The notes beneath the pieces were generated by a model that saw nothing but the letters and a program-made list of their open reading frames with translations, was not told the DNA's origin and made no database searches. Shown one piece after another: positions 48,284 to 58,193 of a stretch of DNA of 64,000 nt. Each line of letters opens with the position of its first letter. The stretch's first letter is position 1. Position numbers and translations under genes: made by a program. The stretch is from an uncultured bacterium (lineage in GTDB: Bacteria > Krumholzibacteriota > Krumholzibacteriia > LZORAL124-64-63): the NCBI GenBank assembly GCA_963732385.1, contig CAVSZB010000003.1, positions 64,001 to 128,000 on the forward strand, given 5' to 3'.

Positions 48284-49480
48284 TCATTCCGATGACATGC
48301 CTCCTGGCGCCGGCGCGGATGGCTCTTCCGCAGACACCCGCTCCTCGCCCCGGCCGTTCAGCCAGCGGGCCAGCATCGCGTCCGTGAGGCGCCACGGTTC
48401 AGTGTCGTTTTCGCGCTCCGCCAGGTCGAGCTCCCTGAGGGCGCGGATCGACTTCTGGATGCCGCCGACCGAGCCGAGGCGGTGGCGCTGCAGGTAGCCG
48501 GCGGCCATGATCCGGGGCGACGGCTCGCGGGCGAGGGCGCGCAGGAGCAGGCGCTGCTGGAGCGTCAGGGCCGACACGACGGCCTCGTAGACCGGGGTCT
48601 CGGCCTGGAGCAGCTCGGCCAGGGCGGCGGCGATCGTCGGCTCGACGATTTCCAGTTTCTCGCGCTGCGCGATCTCCCAGGCGAAGTAGCCGAGGCGTTG
48701 CGCGTAGTACGGGTGGCCTGCGGCGAGGGAGGTCAGGCAGACGGCGGCGGCCTCGTTGCACGGGCGGCCGCCGGCTGCGAAGCGTTCCTGCACGTAGGCC
48801 CGGAGGTCAGCGGCCGGCAGCGGGGGGAGCGGGCGCAGGATGGCGCTCTGGAAGAACGGGCGCTGGCGGTCGCTGAAGAGGCCGAGCAGCAGATGGCGGC
48901 GGCTGCCGACGAAGGTCCACGCGGCGCCGGTGCGCGCGATGCCGCTGCGCAGCTCCGCCTCGACGGCGGGGGCCTCCTTCAGCATCACGATCTCCTGGAA
49001 TTCGTCGAGGGCGAGGTGGACCAGCTCTTCGGTGCCGGCGATGAACGAGACCAGGGCCTCCATCACTTCGTTCAGCAGGGCCAGGCCGGTGCGGCCGGCG
49101 GCGACCGGCTCGACGGTCAGGCTGGCGCCGCCCTGGGGATCGGGGCGCAGGACCGGTCGGAACGTGCGCAGGGTGGCGAGCGCCCTCTTCCAGAGCGGCT
49201 CGCGGCCGTGGACCTGCGCGAACACCGCGCGGGAGAGTCGGGCGGCGGCGTCCTCGGCGGAGGCGACGCCGAAGAGGTCGCAGAAGATGGTCACGGCTCC
49301 TTCGGCGGCCAGGTCGGACTGCACGCGTTTCACCAGGGAGGTCTTGCCGAAGCGGCGGGGGGAATACAGGACCACGCTCCCTTTGGCGCGGGCGTGGGCG
49401 GCAAGCTCCTGCAGTTCGGGAGCGCGGTCGCAGAGGGGGCCGTCGGGGGGGATCGGGATCAGATAGAAGGGATTGCTCAT
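48284..49480 (-). CDS. P-loop ATPase (COG1672/ATPase_2-like) with probable C-terminal winged helix
   Basis: 'MSNPF', 'DRAPEL', Walker A 'SPRRFGKTS', Walker B 'LALDEFQ', 'GHPYYAQ'. Confidence 0.85.
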   Translation of the reverse strand: MSNPFYLIPIPPDGPLCDRAPELQELAAHARAKGSVVLYSPRRFGKTSLVKRVQSDLAAEGAVTIFCDLFGVASAEDAAARLSRAVFAQVHGREPLWKRALATLRTFRPVLRPDPQGGASLTVEPVAAGRTGLALLNEVMEALVSFIAGTEELVHLALDEFQEIVMLKEAPAVEAELRSGIARTGAAWTFVGSRRHLLLGLFSDRQRPFFQSAILRPLPPLPAADLRAYVQERFAAGGRPCNEAAAVCLTSLAAGHPYYAQRLGYFAWEIAQREKLEIVEPTIAAALAELLQAETPVYEAVVSALTLQQRLLLRALAREPSPRIMAAGYLQRHRLGSVGGIQKSIRALRELDLAERENDTEPWRLTDAMLARWLNGRGEERVSAEEPSAPAPGGMSSE

Positions 49481-49518
49481 GGCGGGCCCCCTTCTCGCGA
49501 GAGCGTTCGATATTCCCA

Positions 49519-49565
49519 GAGAATTATTCTCATAGAATTATTCACAAAGAATAGCAGGCTGTCAA
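49519..49565 (-). promoter_or_regulatory. Sigma-70-like promoter with overlapping operator repeats
   Basis: Minus strand TTGACA-N17-AATAAT; GAATAATTC twice, one copy within the near-palindrome GAGAATAATTCTC. Confidence 0.6.
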
Positions 49566-49593
49566 GCCCAAAAAGATGCAACAGGGGCCCGGT

Positions 49594-52500
49594 TCAGCGC
49601 CCTCGTTTCCGCCGGGACGTGGCCAGCAGGCCGCGCGCGGTGTCGGCGAGGTCGTGGGTGTAGGGGTTGGCGTCGAGCCCCTTCACGGCCGATTCGAGGA
49701 TCGGGACCGCCTCATCGTAGCGGCCGAGATCGACCAGGCAGCGGCCCAGGTCGGAGCGGGCGCCCCAGCGCTGCCAGTCGTCGGGAGAGAGCACGCTGTC
49801 GCGGATGGCGACACATTCGCGCAGGGCCTCCGCCGCCCCCGCATGATCGCCCCGGTCGTGCAGCACGTCGCCCCTGGTGTGGAGCGAATAGGCGACTTCG
49901 GCGTGCGTGTCGCCGAACAGGCGGCGGCGCATGGCGAGGCCGGCGGCCAGCAGGGAATCGCTTGCGGCCTGTGCCCCCCTGGCCGCGACCGCCTTGCCCA
50001 GGGCGTTGAGGGTGGCGGCGATGTAGGGCTGGTCGCCCCCCTGCGCGCGCTCGTGCAGTTCGAGGGCCAGCCGGAAGGGCGGCTCGGCGGCCTTGTTGTC
50101 GCCCATGTCCTGCAGCTTGGCGCCCCAGTTGTAGTAGGCGATCACCGCGGCCTGATGGGTGTCGCCGTAGAGGCGGCGCGAGGAGCCGGCGATGAGGCCG
50201 AGCATGGCGGACGATTTCCGGTAGCGGCGTTGATCGTTGAAGAGATTGGCGAGCACCGTCATGGTGGAGATGGTGCGGGTGTGGTCGGGGCCAAGCCGGC
50301 GCCGGCTGGTGGCCAGGGTGTGGTCGAGGAGGGTCTCGGCCTCGGCGTAGCGCTTCAGGCCGACCAGGGCGGAGCCCAGGTTGATCAGCGAGAGCAGGGT
50401 TTCGGGGTTCTCGGGGCCGAAGATCCGGCTGTTCGTCTGCGCGAGCTCGCGGTGCGCCGCCTCGGCCTCTGCGAACCGGCCCAGGCGGGTGAAGAAGACC
50501 GCCTGGTTGTTCTTGAGTTTGATCGTCTCGGGGTGGTCGGGGCCGTAGATGCGGATCGCCGCTGCCACAGCTTCCTGGTGAAGGCGCACCGCCTCGTCGG
50601 CCCTCCCCGTCCGCTCCAGGATGTAGGCGAGGGTGCCCTTGGCGGCGATGGTCTGCGGATGGTCCTCGCCCAGCGTTGCCGTCCGGGTCGCCACGACCTC
50701 CCCGGCGAGCGCGGCCGCCTCGTCGAGGCGCCCCGCGCCGAAGTAGACGACGGCCAGGTTGGATTTCGCCGCCAGGAGCGCGTCCGGCTCCGCCCCGGGG
50801 CTGTGCTGGAGTCCGGCCAGGGCCGCCTCGCAGAACTCGAGCGCCTCCTTCTGGTTGCCGACGCGGTTGAGTAGGCCGCCCAGATCGACCATGGTCGCCA
50901 GGGCGACCTTATCGTCGGGGCCGAGCTCGCGCCGGGCGTCGTCGAGCACGGCGCGCAACTGCTTCTCCGCTTCGGCGTGTTGTCCGGCGCGTGCGCTCGT
51001 CTGGCCGATCAGCCGTCGCGTGGTCAGCGTGGCGGCGTTGCCCGGGCCGAACAGGGCGGTCTGCAGCGAGTCCGCGCGCTGGAGGTTCGTGGCGGCCTCG
51101 GGAAACTTGCCCAGGGCCGAGTAGGTGACTCCCAGGGTCCGGCGGATCGCCGCCTCCACCTCGGGCTGGTCGGTCAGTTCGGCGCGTGTCCGCTTCGCGG
51201 TGTTGGACAGGATCTCTTCGAGCAGCGCCGTGTCGCGACCGCGGGCGGAGGCGGGGGTGATCCCGCCGAGCATCGACTGCAGGAACTCGGTGGTCTTTTC
51301 GGCCTTGGCCGCCTGTACGGTCGTGCGATCCCGCTCGCGGGAGAGGCGTCCCGCCTGCACCGTCATCGTCACCGCCAGAGCCGCAAGCATCAGCACCAGC
51401 GCCCCGCTGGCGGCGAACGCGCCCCGGTTGCGCCGCACCAGCCTGCCGAGACGGTACGAGGTGCTGGGCGGGCCGGCGGTGACCGGCTCGCTGCGCAGGT
51501 GGCGCCGCAGGTCGGCCGCCAGCCCGTTCGCCGTTTCGTAGCGCCGGTCGCGGTCCTTCTCCAGCGCTTTCATCGTGATCCAGTCCAGGTCGCCGCGCAG
51601 TTCGCTCTGCAGGCGCTTCGGCGCGCTGCCGTGCTCTTCCGCCACGGCCGTGGCCCGGTCCCCGAGGCTGCCGAACCGCGTACTAGGCCGCGGCGGGTCC
51701 TGCTCCCGGATGATCCTGCGGATCGCTTCGTAGCCGGCCTTGCGCAGCTCCCCCGACTCGAACGGGAGCGTCCCGACGAGCAGCTCGTACAGCACCACGC
51801 CCAGGGCATAGACGTCGGTCCGCGTGTCGATGTCGTCGTCCGTCAGCGAGGCCTGTTCCGGGCTCATGTACTCCGGCGTGCCGATCAGCTGGCCCATCTG
51901 CGTGAACATCGTCAGCTCGGTCAGCCGCTGGGTGGTGGCCTTGGCCACGCCGAAGTCGATGATCTTCGGCGCCGGCCGTCCGTCCACCTCCGCGACGAGG
52001 ATGTTCGACGGCTTCAGATCGCGGTGGATGACCGCCTTCTGATGGGCGTGCTGAACGCCGGCGCAGACGCGCACGAACAGTTCGAGCCGCTCGCGCGTGT
52101 CCAGCCGCCGGCGGTTGCAGTAGTCGGTGATCGGTTCGCCCTCGACATACTCCATGACGAAGAACGGCCGGCCGCGCCCGGTGGCGCCGGCGTCGAATAC
52201 CCTGGCGATGCACGGGTGGTCCATCATGGCGAGCGCCTGCCGCTCGGCGTCGAAGCGCGCCACGACGGCGCGCGTGTCCATTCCCTGCTTGATCACCTTG
52301 AGGGCGACGCGGCGGCGGATCGGCTCGGTCTGCTCCGCCTCGAAAACCTCGCCCATGCCGCCTTCGCCGAGGCGGCGCACCAGACGGTAGGGGCCGATCA
52401 CGGTGCCGATGTTTTCGCCCGACGCGGTTGCGGCTGTGGGATCGGGCGGCAACGTGCGGTTGTCGTCCGGGCCGAAGGAAAGTGTGCGGTCGTCGGTCAT
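49594..52500 (-). CDS. Hanks-type Ser/Thr protein kinase with TM and TPR repeats
   Basis: 'GEGGMGEV', 'VALK', 'HRDLKPSN', 'DFG', 'GTPEYMSPEQ', TM, then GxDHP TPRs. Confidence 0.95.
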   Translation of the reverse strand: MTDDRTLSFGPDDNRTLPPDPTAATASGENIGTVIGPYRLVRRLGEGGMGEVFEAEQTEPIRRRVALKVIKQGMDTRAVVARFDAERQALAMMDHPCIARVFDAGATGRGRPFFVMEYVEGEPITDYCNRRRLDTRERLELFVRVCAGVQHAHQKAVIHRDLKPSNILVAEVDGRPAPKIIDFGVAKATTQRLTELTMFTQMGQLIGTPEYMSPEQASLTDDDIDTRTDVYALGVVLYELLVGTLPFESGELRKAGYEAIRRIIREQDPPRPSTRFGSLGDRATAVAEEHGSAPKRLQSELRGDLDWITMKALEKDRDRRYETANGLAADLRRHLRSEPVTAGPPSTSYRLGRLVRRNRGAFAASGALVLMLAALAVTMTVQAGRLSRERDRTTVQAAKAEKTTEFLQSMLGGITPASARGRDTALLEEILSNTAKRTRAELTDQPEVEAAIRRTLGVTYSALGKFPEAATNLQRADSLQTALFGPGNAATLTTRRLIGQTSARAGQHAEAEKQLRAVLDDARRELGPDDKVALATMVDLGGLLNRVGNQKEALEFCEAALAGLQHSPGAEPDALLAAKSNLAVVYFGAGRLDEAAALAGEVVATRTATLGEDHPQTIAAKGTLAYILERTGRADEAVRLHQEAVAAAIRIYGPDHPETIKLKNNQAVFFTRLGRFAEAEAAHRELAQTNSRIFGPENPETLLSLINLGSALVGLKRYAEAETLLDHTLATSRRRLGPDHTRTISTMTVLANLFNDQRRYRKSSAMLGLIAGSSRRLYGDTHQAAVIAYYNWGAKLQDMGDNKAAEPPFRLALELHERAQGGDQPYIAATLNALGKAVAARGAQAASDSLLAAGLAMRRRLFGDTHAEVAYSLHTRGDVLHDRGDHAGAAEALRECVAIRDSVLSPDDWQRWGARSDLGRCLVDLGRYDEAVPILESAVKGLDANPYTHDLADTARGLLATSRRKRGR

Positions 52501-52697
52501 GGATGGCTCCGATCGTCAGGGCGAAGGGGCGAGGCGGACAGGCGAGAACCAGACATAATCGCTCCTGTCTTATGATACTGAAGCGGCGGGATCGCGCACC
52601 TGGTCCGGCCGCTCTTCGCGACAGCGGTTGCCGCGCCGGCGGCAATACCCGATCATCGAGCCGGTTGGTTCGCTTTCCCCAGACCGGAGGCCTCAAA

Positions 52698-54317
52698 GTG
52701 AACGAATCCCCTCTTTTCGCCTTTCCCCGCGACGACGCGACGTTGGCGGCGCAGCGGCCTGCACCGGTCTTCCAGCGTTCCTGGCTGTTGTCCGGCGAAC
52801 TGCACCAGTGGCCGGGACCGGTGCACGAGGTGCTGTCGCCGATCTGTCTGCGGCAGCCGGACGGGACGCTGCGACAGGCGGAGATCGGACACTACCCCCT
52901 GCTCGGAGAGGCCGAGGCGCTGGCGGCGGTGAACGCGGCCGCGGCGGCTTACGACCAGGGACGGGGGGCGTGGCCCACCCTGCCGGTGGCGGCGCGGATC
53001 CGGGCGGTGGAGGACTTCGCGCTGCGGATGCGGGCGCAGCGGGAGGAGATGGTGCGGCTGCTGATGTGGGAGATCGGCAAGACGCGGGGGGACAGCGAGA
53101 AGGAGTTCGATCGCACTCTGCAGTACATCCGCGACACGATCGATGCCTTGAAGGATCTGGACCGCGTGTCGTCGCGATTCACGATCGCGGAGGGGATCCT
53201 CGCGCAGATCCGGCGGGCGCCGCTCGGGGTGACGCTCTGCATGGGGCCGTACAACTATCCGCTCAACGAGACTTTCACCACGCTCATCCCGGCCCTGCTC
53301 ATGGGGAACACAATCGTGTTCAAGCCGGCGAAGTTCGGGGTGCTGCTGCTGCGGCCGCTGCTGGAGGCGTTCCGCGATGCATTCCCGGCCGGCGTCGTCA
53401 ACACGGTCTACGGCGAGGGGCGCGTGATCATCGGTCCGATGCTGGCGTCGGGAAAGGTGGACTGTCTGGCGTTCATCGGGACGGCGCGCGTGGCTGACAC
53501 GCTGAAGAAGCAGCACCCGGCGCCGCACCGGCTGCGCTGCGTACTCGGGCTCGACGCCAAGAACCCGGCCATCATCCTGCCCGATGCCGATCTCGAGGCG
53601 GCGCTCAACGAATGCGTGCTCGGGGCGCTGTCGTTCAACGGGCAGCGCTGCACGGCGCTCAAGATCCTGTTCGTGCACGAGCAGGTGTACGAGGCTTTCC
53701 TGTCGGGCCTGGCGGCGCGCGTGGACGGGTTGCAGCGCGGTCTGCCATGGGAAGACGGCGTGCAGATCACGCCGCTGCCGGAGGCGGGCAAGAGCGCGTA
53801 TCTCGCCGGTCTCGTGGAGGATGCCGTGGCGCTGGGCGCGCGGGTGGTCAACCCGCTCGGGGCGCGGGCGGAGGGAACGTTCTTCACCCCGGCCGTCGTG
53901 GCTCCCGTGGACGCGCGCATGCGCCTGTGGCGCGAGGAGCAGTTCGGGCCGGTGGTGCCGGTGGCGCCGTTCCGGTCGGTGGACGAGCCGTTACGCTATA
54001 TCGTGGAGTCGAACTACGGGCAGCAGGTGAGCGTGTTCGGGCGTGACCCGGCGGCGATCGGGGCGCTGATCGATCCGCTGGTCAACCAGGTCAGCCGTGT
54101 CAACATCAACAGCCAGTGCCAGCGCGGACCGGATGTCTTCCCGTTCACGGGACGCAAGGACTCGGCCGAGGGGACGCTGTCGGTGTCGGATGCGCTGCGG
54201 GTCTTCTCGATCCGCGCTCTGGTGGCGGCGAAGGGGACCGACGGGAACAAGGCGCTCGTGACGGAGATCCTGCGTGAGCGGCGGTCGAACTGGCTGTCTA
54301 CGGATTTTCTGTTCTGA
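52698..54317 (+). CDS. gapN: NADP-dependent non-phosphorylating glyceraldehyde-3-phosphate dehydrogenase (ALDH fold)
   Basis: 'GPYNYPLNET', 'LGLDAKNP', 'FNGQRCTA', 'EEQFGP', 'GRKDSAEGTLSV'. Confidence 0.85.
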   Translation: MNESPLFAFPRDDATLAAQRPAPVFQRSWLLSGELHQWPGPVHEVLSPICLRQPDGTLRQAEIGHYPLLGEAEALAAVNAAAAAYDQGRGAWPTLPVAARIRAVEDFALRMRAQREEMVRLLMWEIGKTRGDSEKEFDRTLQYIRDTIDALKDLDRVSSRFTIAEGILAQIRRAPLGVTLCMGPYNYPLNETFTTLIPALLMGNTIVFKPAKFGVLLLRPLLEAFRDAFPAGVVNTVYGEGRVIIGPMLASGKVDCLAFIGTARVADTLKKQHPAPHRLRCVLGLDAKNPAIILPDADLEAALNECVLGALSFNGQRCTALKILFVHEQVYEAFLSGLAARVDGLQRGLPWEDGVQITPLPEAGKSAYLAGLVEDAVALGARVVNPLGARAEGTFFTPAVVAPVDARMRLWREEQFGPVVPVAPFRSVDEPLRYIVESNYGQQVSVFGRDPAAIGALIDPLVNQVSRVNINSQCQRGPDVFPFTGRKDSAEGTLSVSDALRVFSIRALVAAKGTDGNKALVTEILRERRSNWLSTDFLF

Positions 54318-54382
54318 GGGAGGTGCGCGGCGGGCCGCGCCACGGTGACGCCGCCCGCCGCCGAGAAAACGGAACGCGAATC

Positions 54383-54859
54383 CTACGCTTTGTCGCCCGT
54401 CTCCGAACCGCCCGGACCGTGCCTGTGCCCGTGCTGCCCGTGTCCGCAGCCGTGCGGACCACCGTGTGCGTGATCGACGCCGTGCTGGTGGCCGTGGCCC
54501 TGGCCGTGGTGGGCGCAGGCGCCGGCGGGATCGGCGCGGCGCAGCGACCCCTCAGCGAGAGCGGCCAGGGTCGCTTTCACATCGGAGCGGTCGCTGATCC
54601 AGACGTCGAGGCCCGATTCGCGCAGGCGGGTCAGGGCGCCCAGGCCGATGCCGCCGACGACCAGGGCGTCGAGCGGCTCGCCGCGCAGGGCGTCGAGCGG
54701 GCGGCACATGCCGTGGGCGTGGTGCTGGTTGCCGTTGGGGAGGGCGCGACAGGCGCTCGTCTCCGTATCGACGACCAGGAACAGCGGGGCCGAGCCGAAG
54801 TGGCCGCAGACAGGGCTGTCCAGGCCGCGGTCCTCGTTAACCGGGATGCAGACTTTCAT
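54383..54859 (-). CDS. NifB/NifX (FeMo-cofactor-binding-like) family protein with His-rich tail
   Basis: 'MKVCIP', 'GHFGSAP', 'GGIG.GA', His/Gly-rich C-terminus. Confidence 0.88.
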   Translation of the reverse strand: MKVCIPVNEDRGLDSPVCGHFGSAPLFLVVDTETSACRALPNGNQHHAHGMCRPLDALRGEPLDALVVGGIGLGALTRLRESGLDVWISDRSDVKATLAALAEGSLRRADPAGACAHHGQGHGHQHGVDHAHGGPHGCGHGQHGHRHGPGGSETGDKA

Positions 54860-55212
54860 GCTTCCTTCCCTTCTCCGTTTCGCCAGCGGCAGCGGCCGTG
54901 GCCGCAGCCTCCGCTGCGGCTGTCGGGCCGGACCGGGCCACCTTCGATTCTCAGCGCTCGGCCATCGACGAGAGCGCTGGCGACTTTGCTCCGCGCCGAT
55001 TCCACGATCCGGCCGAACGTGGCGCGTGAGATTCCCATGCGCGTGGCCGCCTCCTCGTGATAGAGCCCCTCGCGGTCGGCGAGGCGGAGCGCCTCGAATT
55101 CGTCGAGCGTGACGACGACCTCGGCCAGTTCGCGCGTCGGGATGCCGGCCGGCTTGAACAGGGTCACGGCGGGATGACCGGCGACGCGACGGCAGCAGGG
55201 GGGCCTGGGCAT
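54856..55212 (-). CDS. DUF134 (UPF0251) DNA-binding protein
   Basis: 'MPRPPCCRRV', 'FKPAG', 'DEFEALRLAD', 'MGISRATF', 'IEGG'. Confidence 0.92.
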   Translation of the reverse strand: MPRPPCCRRVAGHPAVTLFKPAGIPTRELAEVVVTLDEFEALRLADREGLYHEEAATRMGISRATFGRIVESARSKVASALVDGRALRIEGGPVRPDSRSGGCGHGRCRWRNGEGKEA

Positions 55213-55238
55213 GGTGGCTACCTCCTCCGGAGATAATA

Positions 55239-55261
55239 AGCATATGCTCAAAAGGTGTCAA
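55239..55261 (-). promoter_or_regulatory. Promoter with palindromic operator upstream of DUF134
   Basis: Minus-strand TTGACA followed by the palindrome AGCATATGCT. Confidence 0.6.
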
Positions 55262-55547
55262 GTGGGTGTTTGGGATGGCGCCCCTGGCGTCGGAAGCCGT
55301 CCGGGCAGGCGATATCGGGCGGCAAGGCCGGGCGGGAGCGCGTCCTATTTTCGTCAAGTGCGGCCCCGGGCCAGTCGATCACATCCCTTGGACGTTGCAG
55401 GACATTGGGTTCTGTGGCGTGAATGCCGGGCGTCGGTCAGTCTGCGCAGGAAGCGGCGTGATTGCCGTTGCCGGTCGACGGCGTTTGCTAGAAACTGTGC
55501 GCGGGCGCGCTCCGGCGGGTGTCAAAATGTGAAAGGCTTGCACAGTA

Positions 55548-57446
55548 ATGAGTTGTGCGAATCAAAACACGGGCGCAACGGGGGCGGCGCAGGCCGGGAC
55601 GCGCCGCGCCGGCGAAACGGTGGTGGCTACGGGCGGAGGGGCGGTTCCTCGCGAAGCGATTCAGGAGCAGTATACTTGGGATCTCTCGCCGGTTTTTAAC
55701 GACTGGGAGGCATGGGAGGCGGAGTTCGCGGCGATCGACGCGGCGCTGCCCCGTCTCGAGGCCCGCCGGGGCACGCTGGGGCGCTCTGCCCGGGACCTGC
55801 TGGCGGCACTCGAGGAGATCATGACGTGGCGGCGGCGACTCGGCGTGCTGCACGTCTACGCGTCGATGCGCAGCGACGAGGACACGCGCGTCGGCGAGCA
55901 CATCGCGCGCGACGGACGCTCCGACACGCTGGCGGTCTGCTTCGGCGAGGCGGTGGCCTGGTTCGAGCCGGAACTGCTGGTCATCCCGCCCGCGACCATC
56001 ACAGCTTTCCTCGAAAGCCTGCCGGAGTTGCGGCTGTACGGCCATTTCATCGACGACATCCAGCGCCTGAAGGAGCACACGCTCGATGCGGAGCGCGAGG
56101 AAATGCTTGCGGGCGCGGCGAACCTGGCGCGGGGCGCAGGCCAGGTGTTCAACGCGCTCAACAACGCCGACCTCGTGTTCGGCCCGGTGCGCGACGAGCA
56201 GGACCGCGAGGTCGAGCTGACCAAGGCGCGCTACGCGCGCTTCATCCGCTCCCCGGACCGGCGCGTGCGGCGTGTGGCGTACGAACAATTTCATGACGCC
56301 TACGGGGCGGTTATCAATACCCTCGCGGCCAATCTGGACGCGAACGTGCGCAACCACGTGTTCTTCGCGCGGGCCCGGAAGTTCTCCGGGACGCTCGAGG
56401 CTTCGCTGGGGCGCAACGCCATTCCGACGGAGGTCTTCCATTCGCTGGCGCGAACGGTAGACGACCACGTCGACACCGTCCACCGCTGGACGGCGCTCAA
56501 GCGGCGGGTGCTTGGCGTGGAGCGGCTGCACGACTACGATCTGTACGTGCCGCTCTTTCCGGAGGGGGAGTTCCGCTTCACGTACGACGAGGCGCAGGCG
56601 CTGCTTCTCGAGTCGCTGGCGCCGCTGGGGCCGGAGTATGTGGATGTGGTGCGGCGCGGTTTCGCCGAGCGCTGGATCGATGTCCATGAGAACGCCGGCA
56701 AGCGCAGCGGGGCCTACTCGAGCGGCGCTTACGGCACATCGCCCTACATCCTGCTCAACTGGTCCGACACGCCGCGCGACGTCTTCACGCTCGCCCACGA
56801 GATGGGCCACTCGCTGCATACGTGGCTCGCGACGAGGAACCAGCCGTACGTCTACGGGGACTACCCCATCTTCACGGCCGAGGTGGCCTCGACGCTGAAC
56901 GAAGCGCTGCTGCTGGATCACCTGCTCAAAGGCACGACTGACCGCGCCCGACGGTTGTTCCTGCTCGACCATTACATCTCGCAGATCAACGACACGGTCT
57001 TCCGGCAGACCATGTTCGCCGAGTTCGAGTACCGCATCCACCGTATGGGCGAAGAGGGCGAGACGCTCACGGCGGAGGTCCTCGACGCCCTGTATCTCGA
57101 GATGGTGGGGCGCTACTGGGGGCCGGACGTGGAGTTCGATCCGGCGCGCAGCGGACACACCTGGTGCCGCATCCCGCACTTCTATTACAATTTCTACGTC
57201 TACCAGTACGCCACCGCGTGCGCCGCCGCGACCACGCTCGCGCGCGGGATCCTGGCGGGCGAACCGGGCGCGCGGGACCGGTACCTCGGTTTCCTGCGCT
57301 CGGGCAGCAGTTGTTATCCGGTGGAAACGCTGCGGCGGGCGGGGGTCGATGTGACGACGCCCGCGCCGGTGGAGGGCGTGATCGCGCTGTTTGGCGAGCT
57401 GCTCGGGGAGATGGAGCGTTTGCTGGAGGGGAAGGAAGGGCGATGA
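55548..57446 (+). CDS. pepF: Oligoendopeptidase F (M3B)
   Basis: 'YTWDLS', 'GKRSGAYS', 'TLAHEMGHSLH', 'FTAEVAST', 'RIPHFYYNFYVYQYA'. Confidence 0.95.
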   Translation: MSCANQNTGATGAAQAGTRRAGETVVATGGGAVPREAIQEQYTWDLSPVFNDWEAWEAEFAAIDAALPRLEARRGTLGRSARDLLAALEEIMTWRRRLGVLHVYASMRSDEDTRVGEHIARDGRSDTLAVCFGEAVAWFEPELLVIPPATITAFLESLPELRLYGHFIDDIQRLKEHTLDAEREEMLAGAANLARGAGQVFNALNNADLVFGPVRDEQDREVELTKARYARFIRSPDRRVRRVAYEQFHDAYGAVINTLAANLDANVRNHVFFARARKFSGTLEASLGRNAIPTEVFHSLARTVDDHVDTVHRWTALKRRVLGVERLHDYDLYVPLFPEGEFRFTYDEAQALLLESLAPLGPEYVDVVRRGFAERWIDVHENAGKRSGAYSSGAYGTSPYILLNWSDTPRDVFTLAHEMGHSLHTWLATRNQPYVYGDYPIFTAEVASTLNEALLLDHLLKGTTDRARRLFLLDHYISQINDTVFRQTMFAEFEYRIHRMGEEGETLTAEVLDALYLEMVGRYWGPDVEFDPARSGHTWCRIPHFYYNFYVYQYATACAAATTLARGILAGEPGARDRYLGFLRSGSSCYPVETLRRAGVDVTTPAPVEGVIALFGELLGEMERLLEGKEGR

Positions 57447-58192
57447 CGGCGATGATAATGAAGCGCGGAGTTGGGAGCGGTTGGGTGGGAGTGACATTGG
57501 CGGTGTGGCTGGCGGTGCTGTTGGCGGCGGCCGGCTGCGGCCAGGAGCGGAAGGCGCAGGCGCCACCGGCCACGGCGCAGGCGCCACCGGCCACGGCGCA
57601 GGCGCCTGCGGCGACGGCCCGGACGCCCGCCAGCGAGGCGGCGGCGGAAAAGAAAGCGCCCGCCGGCGGCGAGGACGGACCGGTAGTAACGTCGAATAAC
57701 GATCTGAAGCCGGCCATCGGTGAGGTCCCCTTTACCTCGCGCGAGGCCGGATTCTCGGCCATTTTTCCGGCCGGCTGCCCGAAGATCAGTACGCGCAGCT
57801 ATCCCGGCGGAGCTGGCAATGCGCCGCCGGAGCTCGTGCAGTGTTATTGCGATCTGGCCGACCGCCCCAACGAAGGGGTGATGGTTGCGACCTATCTGGT
57901 CCTGCGCGACGAATGGGGCGGCCCTCCGAATCCGCGCAACGTGACGGCGCTCATCGAGGATCTGACGCGCAAGTTTCATCTGCGGGTCATGCAGCAGGGG
58001 CCGGTCAGACACCCCGACTACGATGGGGTGCGGGCCTTCTGCCGGGAGATCAATGGACAGGGCGAGATGTGGATCCAGGGCATGCTCGTCGGAGACCGGG
58101 TCTTTATCATGACGATGTGGAGTCGGGGCGCCGAAGGACTGACCGCGGCGCAGGCCACCAGGTTCTTCGAGAGTTTCCGGATCAAATCGTGA
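57443..58192 (+). CDS. Hypothetical lipoprotein with Ala/Pro linker
   Basis: Lipobox 'AAGC', AQAPPAT repeats, then a globular domain. Confidence 0.75.
   Translation: MTAMIMKRGVGSGWVGVTLAVWLAVLLAAAGCGQERKAQAPPATAQAPPATAQAPAATARTPASEAAAEKKAPAGGEDGPVVTSNNDLKPAIGEVPFTSREAGFSAIFPAGCPKISTRSYPGGAGNAPPELVQCYCDLADRPNEGVMVATYLVLRDEWGGPPNPRNVTALIEDLTRKFHLRVMQQGPVRHPDYDGVRAFCREINGQGEMWIQGMLVGDRVFIMTMWSRGAEGLTAAQATRFFESFRIKS
57554..57606 (+). repeat. In-frame 21-bp tandem repeat, about 2.5 copies
   Basis: GCGCAGGCGCCACCGGCCACG units. Confidence 0.9.
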
Positions 58193-58193
58193 G

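Noticed and set aside
54383..54859. Nitrogen fixation
   Set aside because: NifX-like domains are widespread outside diazotrophs, and no nifHDK is present.
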